Shown here one piece after another: positions 20,748 through 31,298 of a DNA stretch of 64,000 nt. The stretch lies in assembly GCA_017551675.1 (NCBI GenBank), contig JAFZLC010000047.1, positions 18,576-82,575 on the forward strand, read 5' to 3'. This DNA is from Paludibacteraceae bacterium. Lineage in GTDB: Bacteria > Bacteroidota > Bacteroidia > Bacteroidales > Paludibacteraceae. The first letter of the stretch is position 1. Every line of letters begins with the position of its first letter. A program made the translations under genes and the position numbers. A model generated the notes under the pieces. That model searched no databases, had not been told where the DNA came from, and was given only the letters and a program-made list of their open reading frames with translations.

Positions 20748-21742
20748 ACATTTTTCAAGGCAACACCCGTACCTCTTGCAACTGCGTGTAAAGGATCTTC
20801 CGCCACATTGAAAGGAATACCAATCTTGTTAGACAAACGTTTGTCCAAACCTCTTAGCAAGGCACCACCACCTGCCAACCAGATACCCTTTGATACGATA
20901 TCCGCATACAACTCTGGCGGTGTTTGTTCCAATGCACCCAAGATAGCAGCCTCTATTTTAGAAATAGATTTTTCGATACAATGAGCAATCTCTTGGTAAG
21001 AGACAGGAACCTCCATAGGCAATGCAGTCATTTGGTTAGGACCACGTACGATGTAATCTTCTGGAGGATCTTCGAGGCTTGTCAACGCAGAGCCTACTTT
21101 CATCTTAATCAATTCTGCTGTACGTTCACCCACTCTAATGTTGTGTTGGCGACGCATATATTCAACAACATCCTCAGTCAAATCATCACCCGCAATACGG
21201 ATTGACTTGTTAGAAACGATACCACCCAAAGAGATAACAGCGATCTCGGTAGTACCACCACCTATATCGACGATCATGTTTCCTTCTGGAGCCTCAACGT
21301 CGATACCAATACCGATGGCAGCTGCCATTGGTTCATAAATCATGTATACTTCACGACCACCAGCGTGCTCGGATGAGTCACGGACAGCACGGATTTCAAC
21401 TTCCGTACTTCCTGATGGAATACATACAACCATTTTCAATGAAGGAGAAGAAAACCAACGATTATGTGAAGTAGCAATCTTTATCATTCCTCTCATCATT
21501 TGCTCTGCAGCACCGAAATCTGCAATCACACCATCACGCAACGGACGAACCGTACGGATTCCCTCGTGTGCCTTTCCATGCATTTTCTGTGCTTTCTCAC
21601 CGATAGCAATCAGCTGATCGGTTTTACTATCCAATGCAACCACAGAAGGCTCATCCACCACAATCTTATCATTATGAATGATAATGGTGTTGGCCGTTCC
21701 AAGGTCCATTGCTATTTCCTGCGTAAAAGAAAACAAACCCAT
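20717..21742 (-). CDS. mreB: rod shape-determining actin homolog MreB
   Basis: 341 aa. Actin-fold phosphate-1 motif DLGTANT and end-to-end MreB colinearity. Confidence 0.95.
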   Translation of the reverse strand: MGLFSFTQEIAMDLGTANTIIIHNDKIVVDEPSVVALDSKTDQLIAIGEKAQKMHGKAHEGIRTVRPLRDGVIADFGAAEQMMRGMIKIATSHNRWFSSPSLKMVVCIPSGSTEVEIRAVRDSSEHAGGREVYMIYEPMAAAIGIGIDVEAPEGNMIVDIGGGTTEIAVISLGGIVSNKSIRIAGDDLTEDVVEYMRRQHNIRVGERTAELIKMKVGSALTSLEDPPEDYIVRGPNQMTALPMEVPVSYQEIAHCIEKSISKIEAAILGALEQTPPELYADIVSKGIWLAGGGALLRGLDKRLSNKIGIPFNVAEDPLHAVARGTGVALKNVDKFSFLRRG

Positions 21743-21762
21743 TTGCTTATTTAATTTTCTAA

Positions 21763-23286
21763 TTAATGTTTAAAATGTCTGAATCCAGTCATTACCATTG
21801 CCACACCATTTTGGTTGCAATAATCAACGGATTCCTGATCTTTAATTGACCCACCAGGCTGAACAACAGCTGTCACACCTGCATTTTTAGCTATCTCCAC
21901 ACAATCAGGGAATGGGAAAAATGCGTCTGACGCCATCACAGCACCGTTCAAGTCAAACTCGAAAGAGTGCGCCTTTTCAATTGCTTGTTTCAACGCATCC
22001 ACACGTGATGTTTGTCCTACACCACTGGCACACAATTGACCATTCTTCGCTAAAACAATAGAATTAGACTTAGAATGTTTCACAATCTTATTCGCAAATA
22101 TCATATCGGAAATCTCAGATGGAGATGGAGTCTTTGTTGTAACGGTCTTCATATCCTCTTCCGTTTCCGTCTTCATATCTTTATCTTGTACCAACACACC
22201 GTTCAACACCGAACGAAGTTGTTTTGTTGGTAACTTAGTATTTTTCTGAACCAAAATGATTCTGTTCTTCTTCTGTGTGAGTACCTCCAACGCATCTGTG
22301 TCATAATCAGGTGCAATGATCACCTCAAAAAAGATCTTGTTGATCTCCTCTGCAGTAGCTTTATCGATAACAGCATTCGTAATCAATACACCACCAAAAG
22401 CAGAAACAGGGTCACCTGCCAAAGCATCCCTCCATGCGTCCAACACTGAAGGACGTGATGCTACACCACATGCATTGTTGTGTTTGAGGATGGCAAATGT
22501 GACATCATCGAAATCGGATATCAAATTCACTGCTGCGTCGATATCCAACAAGTTGTTGTATGAAATCTCTTTGCCCTGCAATTTTTCAAACATATCGTCA
22601 AAATTGCCATAGAAGATTCCCTTCTGATGAGGGTTCTCACCATAGCGAAGCATCTTAGCATTGTTGGCGGTATAACGTAATGCAGAAGCAGAGTCTCCAT
22701 CAAAATAATTGAAAATAGCAGAATCGTAGTGAGAAGAGACTGCGAACGCCTCTTTTGCAAACCACTTACGAGTCTCCAAAGTTGTTTGAGCTCCAGACTC
22801 ATTCAATTGATTCAAGAATGGCTCGTATTGAGCTTTCGATGCGACAATCACCACATCCTTGAAATTCTTGGCAGCAGCACGAATCAACGAGATACCACCT
22901 ATATCGATTTTTTCTATGATTGCTTGCTCTTCAGCACCTGAAGCAACTGTATCCTCAAATGGATATAAATCCACAATTACCAAATCAATCTCAGGAATCT
23001 GATACTGATCCATCTGTGCAATATCCTGTGGAACATCTCGGCGACCCAAAATACCGCCGAAGATTTTAGGATGCAACGTCTTAACACGTCCTCCTAAGAT
23101 GGAAGGATAGGTAGTTAATGATTCTACTGCCTGACATGGAATGCCAAGTGACTCAATGAATGCTTGCGTTCCACCTGTCGAAATGAATTGAACACCCTCC
23201 GCATGTAACTTACGGATAATCGTATCCAAATTATCTTTGTGATAAACAGAGACTAACGCCGTCTTAATTCTCTTATATTCAGCCAT
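21763..23286 (-). CDS. purH: bifunctional AICAR transformylase / IMP cyclohydrolase
   Basis: 507 aa. N-terminal MGS-like cyclohydrolase domain (ALVSVYHKDN… ISTGGT) plus the C-terminal AICARFT domain. Confidence 0.95.
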   Translation of the reverse strand: MAEYKRIKTALVSVYHKDNLDTIIRKLHAEGVQFISTGGTQAFIESLGIPCQAVESLTTYPSILGGRVKTLHPKIFGGILGRRDVPQDIAQMDQYQIPEIDLVIVDLYPFEDTVASGAEEQAIIEKIDIGGISLIRAAAKNFKDVVIVASKAQYEPFLNQLNESGAQTTLETRKWFAKEAFAVSSHYDSAIFNYFDGDSASALRYTANNAKMLRYGENPHQKGIFYGNFDDMFEKLQGKEISYNNLLDIDAAVNLISDFDDVTFAILKHNNACGVASRPSVLDAWRDALAGDPVSAFGGVLITNAVIDKATAEEINKIFFEVIIAPDYDTDALEVLTQKKNRIILVQKNTKLPTKQLRSVLNGVLVQDKDMKTETEEDMKTVTTKTPSPSEISDMIFANKIVKHSKSNSIVLAKNGQLCASGVGQTSRVDALKQAIEKAHSFEFDLNGAVMASDAFFPFPDCVEIAKNAGVTAVVQPGGSIKDQESVDYCNQNGVAMVMTGFRHFKH

Positions 23287-23406
23287 TTATATAAATGTAT
23301 TTTATTTTCTTTCCGCAAAGTTAAAAAATAATCATTTTTCAAAGAAATAGAAAAGCATTTTTTTTCAAAAAAAATTTCATTTTGTTATTTGATTTTTAAG
23401 TAGATA

Positions 23407-23458
23407 TGAAAAATGCGAATGGAAGACTTGAAATTTTACAAATCGCACCATTCGCATT
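23407..23458 (-). terminator. rho-independent terminator downstream of argB
   Basis: 11-bp stem AATGCGAATGG/CCATTCGCATT with a long loop. A T-run follows on the minus strand. Confidence 0.45.
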
Positions 23459-23486
23459 ATTTGTGTTTTTTTAGTTAACTGTTATC

Positions 23487-24257
23487 TCATTTTTTGATAA
23501 CTGTTCCTGTTGATTCACCCAACAGATCTGCCTTTGTTATAACCACCTGTTTAACCCCAGAATCAATCGCTGCAAATGAATTTTCCAATTTAGGAATCAT
23601 TCCCTCCTTGATAATTCCCTTTGCAACATATTCTTCAAACTGCGAATGATTGATTTCCTTGATGACACTATCCTCATTCTCAGCGTCCATTAAGACTCCT
23701 TTTTTCTCAAAACAATAGACTAAAGTAACCTCAAAAGACTTTGCCAATGCCTTTGCTGCCTCGCTTGCGATGGTATCTGCATTCGTATTGAGCAGATTTC
23801 CTTTCTTATCATGTGTAAGAGGTGCTAAGACAGGTACCACACCTCGTTGAATCAAATCGGCCAACAAATCGGAATTAACCTCCTTAACATCACCTACGAA
23901 TCCATAGTCGACAGTTTTGACAGGACGTTTATCAGAGCGCATATAGTTTAAATCTGCCCCCGTCAATCCCAAAGCATTCACGTTGAGTGCTTGAAGACGT
24001 GCAACGATGTTTTTATTCACCAATCCGGCGTACACCATGGTTACCACCTTCAACGTCTCCTCGTCTGTCACACGGCGTCCGTCCACCATTTTGCTCTCAA
24101 TACCCAAACGAGTCGCCAATGCCGTTGCAGATCGTCCTCCTCCATGAACCAACGCCTTGCGTCCCTCAATCTTAGAAAATCTTTGCAACAAATCGTTCAA
24201 TGAGGCTTCCTCTTCTACGATTTTGCCACCTACCTTAATTACTGTTAGTTTTTCCAT
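23487..24257 (-). CDS. argB: acetylglutamate kinase
   Basis: 256 aa amino-acid kinase family member. KVGG motif (VIKVGGK) and ArgB colinearity. Confidence 0.9.
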   Translation of the reverse strand: MEKLTVIKVGGKIVEEEASLNDLLQRFSKIEGRKALVHGGGRSATALATRLGIESKMVDGRRVTDEETLKVVTMVYAGLVNKNIVARLQALNVNALGLTGADLNYMRSDKRPVKTVDYGFVGDVKEVNSDLLADLIQRGVVPVLAPLTHDKKGNLLNTNADTIASEAAKALAKSFEVTLVYCFEKKGVLMDAENEDSVIKEINHSQFEEYVAKGIIKEGMIPKLENSFAAIDSGVKQVVITKADLLGESTGTVIKK

Positions 24258-24333
24258 ATTTATAAACAGACTGAAAAAAGAAAGACCGTATCAGAATCGA
24301 TGCGGTCTATACTTATATTATATATATGAATGA

Positions 24334-24765
24334 TTATTTATTTTTCAATAAATCACGAATCTCTGTCAAAAGCACTTCTTCTTTTGATGGTGCTGGAGCA
24401 GGTGCTGGTTCTTCCTCTTTCTTCTTCTTTAATGCGTTTATAGCTTTAATGAATAAGAAAATACAAAGTGCAACGATGATGAAATCAAATACTACCTGCA
24501 AAAAGTTACCAAAACTTAGAACAGCTACACCGGCTTCTTGTGCTTGAGCCAAAGTGTCGTAAACCTTTACATCACGTCCACCTAACTGTACGAACCAATT
24601 GGTGAAATCAACTCCACCAACTGCCAAAGAGATAAGAGGCATAAAAATATCCGAAACTAATGACGTTACAATCTTTCCGAATGCGCCACCAATCACAACA
24701 CCGACTGCCATGTCAACGACATTTCCGCGCATGGCAAATTCTTTAAATTCTGAGAAAAATTTCAT
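24334..24765 (-). CDS. mscL: large-conductance mechanosensitive channel
   Basis: [33 protein letters not shown] is a near-canonical MscL N-terminus. The track ORF starts 8 codons earlier, but the MKFF start is preferred. Confidence 0.85.
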   Translation of the reverse strand: MKFFSEFKEFAMRGNVVDMAVGVVIGGAFGKIVTSLVSDIFMPLISLAVGGVDFTNWFVQLGGRDVKVYDTLAQAQEAGVAVLSFGNFLQVVFDFIIVALCIFLFIKAINALKKKKEEEPAPAPAPSKEEVLLTEIRDLLKNK

Positions 24766-24884
24766 GACTAATTTTGTTTTACGTTTCATTATACGTTTTA
24801 TCTTCCAAAAATAAAAATTTTTCTTATTTTTCTCTATCTTTGCACCGAAATTTTTTTTTCACAAATTATTAATTATTAAAAGGT

Positions 24885-25460
24885 ATGTCAAGCAATTCGG
24901 TTATCGGTTCTAAGATAAAAGCTATCCGCGAATCAAAAAACATTTCCATCGAGGAAATTTCTGAACGCAGCGGTCTTTCGACCCAACAAATTGAATCTAT
25001 CGAAAACGATCAAAATCTTCCATCTTTAGGTCATCTGATCAAAGTGGCTCGCGCTCTCGGTGTTCGATTGGGTACATTCTTGGATGATAACGATGAATTG
25101 GGACCTGTTGTTTGCCGTGCTTCTGACCGCGCGGAAAGCATTAGCTTCTCCAATAGCAGCACTTCTGCTCGCAAAAACATGGAATACCATTCTCTTGCTA
25201 AACAAAAAGCAGGTCGCCACATGGAGCCATTCATCATCGACATACAACCATCTGAAGAGAAAGAATTCACCCTCTCAGCTCACGAAGGTGAAGAATTTAT
25301 ATACGTTATGGAAGGTGTTGTTGAAATCGCCTACGGAAAAACAACTTATACTCTCAACGAAGGCGATAGTATCTTCTACGACTCTATTGTTAACCATCAC
25401 GTGCATGGAGGCAACAATAAAGCTGCTAAAATCCTTGCCGTTGTATACACTCCATTCTAA
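24885..25460 (+). CDS. XRE-family helix-turn-helix plus cupin-domain transcriptional regulator
   Basis: 191 aa. N-terminal helix-turn-helix ([28 protein letters not shown]) and a C-terminal cupin barrel. Confidence 0.7.
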   Translation: MSSNSVIGSKIKAIRESKNISIEEISERSGLSTQQIESIENDQNLPSLGHLIKVARALGVRLGTFLDDNDELGPVVCRASDRAESISFSNSSTSARKNMEYHSLAKQKAGRHMEPFIIDIQPSEEKEFTLSAHEGEEFIYVMEGVVEIAYGKTTYTLNEGDSIFYDSIVNHHVHGGNNKAAKILAVVYTPF

Positions 25461-25480
25461 TTTCTCAATCGACAACCACC

Positions 25481-27139
25481 ATGCAACAGCAACAGTTATC
25501 AGAAAGAACTTTAGGGGAGTGGCTTGAATATTGGGCTGAGAAAACTCCCGACAAGGAATACATCGTATATTCCGATCGTGACCTTCGTTTTACTTGGAAA
25601 AAATTCAACGAACGTGTAGACAATCTTGCTAAAGGATTAATTTACATAGGTGTTAAAAAAGGTAGTAACGTGGGTATCTGGGCAACCAATGTACCTGATT
25701 GGTTAACCTTCCTTTACGCAACTGCTAAAATCGGTGCCGTTCTCGTTACCGTTAACACCAACTACAAACAAAATGAATTGGAGTACCTCTGCGAAAACTC
25801 CGACATGCACACCCTATGCATCACAAACGGTACATGGGAGTGCGACTACGTGGAGATGACCAACAAGATGTTGCCCGAATTGAAAGAGTGCGAACGTGGC
25901 CACCTCAAAAGCAAAAAATTCCCTTACATGAAAAATGTGGTATACATCGGCGCTGAAAAATATCGCGGAATGTATAACACTGCCGAATTGCTTCTTCTTG
26001 GACAAAATATCGAAGATAAAGATTTGACGGAGGCTAAGAAAAATGTCTCTTGTCACGATGTGGTAAACATGCAGTACACCTCCGGTACCACAGGATTCCC
26101 TAAAGGTGTCATGCTTACACATTATAATATATCCAACGACGGATTCTTTACAGGTGAGCGCATGAAGTTCACGCAAGATGACAAATTGTGTGTCTGCGTG
26201 CCCCTCTTCCACTGCTTCGGTGTAGTACTTGCTACGATGAACTGTCTTACTCATGGCTGTACACAAGTCATGGTGGAGAAATTCGACCCATTGGTGGTGC
26301 TTGCCTCTATTCATAAAGAGCGTTGTACTGCCCTTTATGGTGTTCCTACCATGTTTATCGCAGAATTGAATCATGCCATGTTCAGTATGTTCGATATGAG
26401 TTCTCTTCGAACAGGTATCATGGCCGGTTCTCTTTGTCCGGTTGAACTGATGAAGCAGGTGAGCGAGAAAATGTTCATGACCATCACCAGTGTGTACGGA
26501 TTGACGGAGAGTTCTCCTGGTATGACCCAAACAAGCATAGAAGACTCCTTCGAGAAACGTTGCACCACAGTAGGTAAAGATTATCCTTTCGTTGATGTGA
26601 AGGTAATCGACCCTGAAACAGGAGAAGAGTGTCCTGTAGGTGTACAAGGTGAGATGTGCTGCAAGGGATTCAACGTCATGAAAGGTTATTACAAAAACCC
26701 AGAAGCTACAGCTGAAGTAATTGATAAGAATGGATACTTACACTCTGGAGACCTTGGTGTGAAAGACGAAGAAGGATTCTACAGAATCACAGGTCGTATA
26801 AAAGATATGATCATTCGTGGTGGTGAGAATGTCTATCCGCGTGAGATCGAAGAGTTCCTATACCACATGCCAGGCATTAAAGACGTGCAGGTGGCAGCCG
26901 TTCCTTCCAAAAAATATGGAGAGGAAGTGGGAGCATTCATCATTCTCCACGAAGGTGTCAAGATGGAAAGTGAAGACGTACGTGAATTCTGCAAAGGAAA
27001 GATCGCACGTTACAAGATTCCGAAGTATGTCTTCTTTATCGATGAATTCCCAATGACAGGATCTGGTAAGATTCAGAAGTTCAAACTAAAAGAATTGAGT
27101 CTTCAACTTTGTGAAAAGATGGGTATTGAAGTGATTTAA
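25481..27139 (+). CDS. AMP-dependent acyl-CoA synthetase / fatty-acid--CoA ligase
   Basis: 552 aa. AMP-binding signature [12 protein letters not shown] and C-terminal adenylation lysine region (GKIQKFKL). Starts 20 bp after the regulator gene. Confidence 0.8.
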   Translation: MQQQQLSERTLGEWLEYWAEKTPDKEYIVYSDRDLRFTWKKFNERVDNLAKGLIYIGVKKGSNVGIWATNVPDWLTFLYATAKIGAVLVTVNTNYKQNELEYLCENSDMHTLCITNGTWECDYVEMTNKMLPELKECERGHLKSKKFPYMKNVVYIGAEKYRGMYNTAELLLLGQNIEDKDLTEAKKNVSCHDVVNMQYTSGTTGFPKGVMLTHYNISNDGFFTGERMKFTQDDKLCVCVPLFHCFGVVLATMNCLTHGCTQVMVEKFDPLVVLASIHKERCTALYGVPTMFIAELNHAMFSMFDMSSLRTGIMAGSLCPVELMKQVSEKMFMTITSVYGLTESSPGMTQTSIEDSFEKRCTTVGKDYPFVDVKVIDPETGEECPVGVQGEMCCKGFNVMKGYYKNPEATAEVIDKNGYLHSGDLGVKDEEGFYRITGRIKDMIIRGGENVYPREIEEFLYHMPGIKDVQVAAVPSKKYGEEVGAFIILHEGVKMESEDVREFCKGKIARYKIPKYVFFIDEFPMTGSGKIQKFKLKELSLQLCEKMGIEVI

Positions 27140-27140
27140 C

Positions 27141-27776
27141 ATGAATCAACCAAATTTTCAAAAAGAATTAGATAAGATAATAGAGGCACTGAACCAGACT
27201 GGGGAGGTGCCTTCCTTATTACTGCATAGTTGCTGTGCGCCATGCAGTAGTTATACGTTGGAGTATCTATCCAACTATTTCAACATCACAGTCCTCTATT
27301 ACAATCCCAACATAGCTCCTGCCGAAGAGTATGAAAAAAGAGTAAAGGAGCAGGCACGACTCATTAGCGAACTTCAACCCAAACATCCCATTCAATTGAT
27401 CGCCGAAGAGTATCAGTCGCAAGATTTTTACGAAAAAGTGAAGGGTATGGAGAAAGAGCCAGAGGGAGGAGCCAGATGTTTCGTATGCTACAGGCTTCGC
27501 ATGGAACGTGCGGCCCAATATGCACAACAGATGGGATTTGACTACTTCACTACCACCCTATCGATTAGTCCGCTGAAAAATGCAGAGAAGATAAATGTGA
27601 TAGGAAACGAACTAAGTGCCATCTACCAAGTCAAACACCTACCATCTGATTTTAAGAAAAAGGGAGGATACCAACGATCCATTCAATTATCCAAGGAACA
27701 TAACCTATATCGACAGAATTACTGCGGGTGCATTTTTTCAAAAAAGGAGAGTGAATTGACACAAAAAGAAAAATAA
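27141..27776 (+). CDS. queH: epoxyqueuosine reductase QueH (DUF208)
   Basis: 211 aa. The Cys pattern CCAPCS … C..C … YCGC characteristic of QueH. Confidence 0.8.
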   Translation: MNQPNFQKELDKIIEALNQTGEVPSLLLHSCCAPCSSYTLEYLSNYFNITVLYYNPNIAPAEEYEKRVKEQARLISELQPKHPIQLIAEEYQSQDFYEKVKGMEKEPEGGARCFVCYRLRMERAAQYAQQMGFDYFTTTLSISPLKNAEKINVIGNELSAIYQVKHLPSDFKKKGGYQRSIQLSKEHNLYRQNYCGCIFSKKESELTQKEK

Positions 27777-27997
27777 ATTTTTGAAAAAATTTGTTACTAA
27801 AGAAAAAATAAATATATTTGCCGTTGTAAAGTGTTTCCTGAGAACGGATATTTAAAATATCAGTTCACATAATATTAAGTACGACAGTGCATTATTGCAT
27901 TGAGAATGTATTTTAATATTTTAAGATATAGTATAAAATGGATAAGTTGAGTGTTAACTTTTTAATTGTGGTTATGTATTTTTAAAGTATAGGTGTT

Positions 27998-29332
27998 ATG
28001 GTTAAAGTAAATTTTTTAGCAAAAGGCATCGTTGCATGTTGTATGCTGTTATTATCGTCGATTATGGCTTACGCCGAGTATCCTGAAGGTTCCCCAGTGG
28101 CAATCAATGGAAAGTTACGAGTAGAAAATGGACAACTCGTGAATGAGTGTGGATATCCAACTCAGTTGCGAGGTATGAGTACACATGGAATAGCATGGAA
28201 TCCACAAGCCTACACAGAGGCATCAATCAAAGCATTGGTAGAGGATTGGAACATTAGCTTGTTCCGTATTGCTGTTTACACGCATGAATGGGGTGGCTAC
28301 ACCACCAACCAATGGAAATCGCGCGATGAATACCATCAAATCATCGACAATCTTGTTTCCATTTGTGGGAAATATGGTATCTATTGTTTGATTGATTGGC
28401 ACGTACTCAACCAAGGAAGTGGTAATCCAAACAACACACTTGATGATGCCACCTACTTCTGGAGCTATATGTCAAGAAATCACAGAGAAGACAAACATGT
28501 CATCTATGAGATTTGTAATGAGCCCAATGGAAATAATGTGAAGTGGTCTACTGTAAAAACATACGCAGATAATATCATTCCACTTATCCGAAAAGCCGAC
28601 CCATACACTATCATTGTATGTGGAACTCCAACATGGAGTCAGGATGTAGATGAAGCTGCAAAGGATCCATTGCAATATGACAATATAATGTATACGCTTC
28701 ACTTCTATTCCGGTACACATACCGATTACCTACGAGGCAAAGCAAACACAGCTCTTTCAAAAGGATTAGCCCTTTTTGTTACAGAGTTTGGTACTTCCAA
28801 AGCAGATGGTAGTGGAGGTGTATATTTAAATGAATGTGACAAATGGATGAAATGGATGGATGACAATAACATCAGTTGGGCCAACTGGAGTTTCTGCGAT
28901 AAAAACGAGACATCCGCTGCACTGAAACCTAATGCAGTATCTTTAGGTAATTGGAACGACGTATCAGAATCCGGAGAATATATTAAAAGCAAATTAGCAG
29001 AACCATACAAAGAGAAATTCCAAAAATGTGATTCGCAAGGAGGCGAGTTAATCCTTCCAGAATTGCTCTGCGATACGTGCCATTCAGTGGAAGACATTAA
29101 TAACGAAATTGCAGTCAACATATTCCCTAACCCAATAGAAGAGAGCTTCACTATCGATGCACCTTTTCAAGTAGAGAGAATTGTTATCTACGATATGTTG
29201 GGTAAAGAGGTAGAACGAATTGAAAACTTGAATAATGACAATTATATCACTCACAACTTACAAAAAGGAATCTATCAAGTTAAAATTTATGGTTCTAAAT
29301 TTATTACAGTTAAAAAGTTAATTAAAAAGTAA
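27998..29332 (+). CDS. glycoside hydrolase family 5 (cellulase-like) with a type IX secretion C-terminal sorting domain
   Basis: 444 aa. Signal peptide; GH5 motifs (…YEICNEP… catalytic acid, …TEFG… nucleophile); roughly 80-residue C-terminal T9SS Por_Secre_tail (…IFPNP… VKIY…). Confidence 0.75.
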   Translation: MVKVNFLAKGIVACCMLLLSSIMAYAEYPEGSPVAINGKLRVENGQLVNECGYPTQLRGMSTHGIAWNPQAYTEASIKALVEDWNISLFRIAVYTHEWGGYTTNQWKSRDEYHQIIDNLVSICGKYGIYCLIDWHVLNQGSGNPNNTLDDATYFWSYMSRNHREDKHVIYEICNEPNGNNVKWSTVKTYADNIIPLIRKADPYTIIVCGTPTWSQDVDEAAKDPLQYDNIMYTLHFYSGTHTDYLRGKANTALSKGLALFVTEFGTSKADGSGGVYLNECDKWMKWMDDNNISWANWSFCDKNETSAALKPNAVSLGNWNDVSESGEYIKSKLAEPYKEKFQKCDSQGGELILPELLCDTCHSVEDINNEIAVNIFPNPIEESFTIDAPFQVERIVIYDMLGKEVERIENLNNDNYITHNLQKGIYQVKIYGSKFITVKKLIKK

Positions 29333-29360
29333 CCCTTGAGGACGAAAAAACTAACTGTTA

Positions 29361-29390
29361 GTGGCACCCACTGTGGTGCCACTTTTTTTA
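29361..29390 (+). terminator. rho-independent terminator after the GH5 gene
   Basis: GTGGCACC-cactgt-GGTGCCAC followed by TTTTTTTA. Confidence 0.6.
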
Positions 29391-29446
29391 TTTCAATTCA
29401 AAACTTTTTTTCACACTTCTTTTTTTTTAATGAAAGAAGAATATTG

Positions 29447-29454
29447 TAAATTTG
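29447..29454 (+). promoter_or_regulatory. candidate -7 element (TAAATTTG) upstream of mdh
   Basis: Matches TAnnTTTG 42 nt upstream of the mdh ATG. mdh itself shows strong highly-expressed-gene codon bias. Confidence 0.3.
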
Positions 29455-29496
29455 CGATTCCAAAGAGGAATAAATTTTATATAAAATTTTATCAAT

Positions 29497-30489
29497 ATGA
29501 GTTTCTTATCAAACAAAAAATTAGTTATCGTTGGCGCCGCTGGTGCTATCGGTTCTACAATGGCTCAATTGGCAGCCGTTAAGGGATTAACAAACAACAT
29601 TACTCTTTATGACCCATATTTGAAAGGTCTTGAGGGTGTTTATGAGGAAATGCGTCATTGCGGTTTCGAAGGTGTTAACTTCACTTTCACTGACAATGTT
29701 GAAGAGGCTTTGACTGGTGCTTCTTTCATCATCTCTTCTGGTGGTGCTCCTCGTAAAGAAGGTATGACTCGTGAGGATCTTTTGAAAGGTAATGCACAAA
29801 TCGCTGCTGACTTCGGTGACAATGTAAAGAAATATTGCCCTAAATGTGAGCACATCGTAGTTATCTTCAACCCAGCTGACGTAACTGGTTTGGTTGTTTT
29901 GGTTAAATCTGGTTTGAAACCTAACCAAGTAACTACTTTGGCAGGTTTGGATTCTACTCGTCTTCAAAGCGAATTGGCTAAATACTTCGGTATTCCTCAA
30001 TATGCAGTTAGCGGTTGCGCTACTCTTGGTGGACACGGAGAAAAGATGGTTCCTGTAACTTCTGACGTTATGGTAATGGGTAAACCTCTTTCTAAATATA
30101 ACATCCCTGCTGACAAGTTTGAAGAGATCAAACAAAAGACTATCCAAGGTGGTTCTAACATCATCGCTCTTCGTGGTCGTTCTTCTAACTTGAGCCCTGC
30201 ATACGTTGCTATCGAAATGATCGAGGCTGCTATGGGTGGTAAGAAGTTCACTTTGCCTGCTGGTTGCTTCGTAAAAGATGGTATGTACGGTTACAAGAAC
30301 GTATGTATGGCTATGAAGTCAACTATCGACGAGAACGGTGTTTCTTACACTGAGGCTAACCTTTCAGCTGACGAGAAGAAAGCTCTTGACGCTTCTTACG
30401 AGCACCTTTGCAAGATGCGTGACGAAGTTATCGGTATGGGCGTTCTTCCTGCAGTTGCTGACTGGAAGAAGTACAACGCGAACCTCTAA
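29497..30489 (+). CDS. mdh: malate dehydrogenase (LDH-like family)
   Basis: 330 aa. Rossmann motif VIVGAAGAIGS and catalytic His region. Codon usage is heavily skewed toward translationally optimal codons. Confidence 0.9.
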   Translation: MSFLSNKKLVIVGAAGAIGSTMAQLAAVKGLTNNITLYDPYLKGLEGVYEEMRHCGFEGVNFTFTDNVEEALTGASFIISSGGAPRKEGMTREDLLKGNAQIAADFGDNVKKYCPKCEHIVVIFNPADVTGLVVLVKSGLKPNQVTTLAGLDSTRLQSELAKYFGIPQYAVSGCATLGGHGEKMVPVTSDVMVMGKPLSKYNIPADKFEEIKQKTIQGGSNIIALRGRSSNLSPAYVAIEMIEAAMGGKKFTLPAGCFVKDGMYGYKNVCMAMKSTIDENGVSYTEANLSADEKKALDASYEHLCKMRDEVIGMGVLPAVADWKKYNANL

Positions 30490-30510
30490 TCAGGTTTCTA
30501 TACAAATCAA

Positions 30511-30540
30511 AAGCGAGTCATTTGTGGCTCGCTTTTTTTA
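30511..30540 (+). terminator. rho-independent terminator after mdh
   Basis: AGCGAGTCA-tttg-TGGCTCGCT (one mismatch) followed by TTTTTTTA. Confidence 0.6.
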
Positions 30541-30688
30541 TCCCTTTACAGATTGAATCCTATAAATTCATCGTCCGAATATTCAAAGAATTTCGCATGA
30601 AAAAAAAGCTATTGGTCGAAAAAATATTGGGGAATCAAAAATAATTGAATACATTTACAGAAACAATTCATTCTAGGAGGGTACAGTC

Positions 30689-31270
30689 ATGATAGGAACA
30701 TTTATAGATTGGTTCAGCAATTTGGAACCTGGAATTAAAATTTATTGGGCAATTGCATTAATTTCATCCGTAATATTCGTAATACAGACCATTGTGTCGT
30801 TTATTGGTATCGGAGATCTTGATGTGGACATAGACATGAATGGTGGGGACGGCATGGATTCGAGCGGATTTTCCGACTTGTTATCAATGCGAAACGCCAT
30901 CAACTTCATGTTAGGTTTTAGTTGGGCTGGCGTTTGTTTTTATGATAAAATATCCAATGGCTTCATCCTTGCACTCGTCTCTATTATATGCGGATTAGCG
31001 TTTGTTGCCATCTTCATATATGTCTTCAAAAAGATGATGAAACTTGAATCTAACGGAGCTTATGATATAAACACCGCAATAGGAAAAACATGCGACGTCT
31101 ATTTAAGGATCCCTGCCAACAGGAGTGGATCTGGAAAGGTACAAATCAGTTTCAACGGTTCCATTCAAGAAATAGATGCTGTGACAGATGGAGAGATGAT
31201 TCCAAGTGGATCAAAAGTGACAGTAGTGGAAATATTGAATAACAAAATTCTTCGAGTAGAAAAAGTTTAA
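30689..31270 (+). CDS. NfeD-like membrane protein (YuaF-like; partner of flotillin)
   Basis: 193 aa. N-terminal transmembrane helices and a C-terminal OB-fold/beta-barrel region. Immediately upstream of a flotillin gene, as in yuaF-floT operons. Confidence 0.65.
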   Translation: MIGTFIDWFSNLEPGIKIYWAIALISSVIFVIQTIVSFIGIGDLDVDIDMNGGDGMDSSGFSDLLSMRNAINFMLGFSWAGVCFYDKISNGFILALVSIICGLAFVAIFIYVFKKMMKLESNGAYDINTAIGKTCDVYLRIPANRSGSGKVQISFNGSIQEIDAVTDGEMIPSGSKVTVVEILNNKILRVEKV

Positions 31271-31298
31271 TAAAATTCATATAATAAAAAATTAATTT

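Noticed and set aside
24766-24789. Upstream extension of mscL (MKRKTKLV…)
   Set aside because: MscL proteins begin with the conserved M-x-(F/I)-x-x-EFKEFA amphipathic helix, which starts at 24765 here. The 8 extra codons are likely not translated.
25814-26647. 277-aa antisense ORF inside the acyl-CoA synthetase gene (and similar long antisense ORFs at 29587-30147 in mdh, 842-1282 in serB, 57230-57709 in the dehydrogenase gene)
   Set aside because: They lie entirely within strongly supported genes on the opposite strand and have His/Cys/Phe-rich, low-complexity translations typical of antisense frames.
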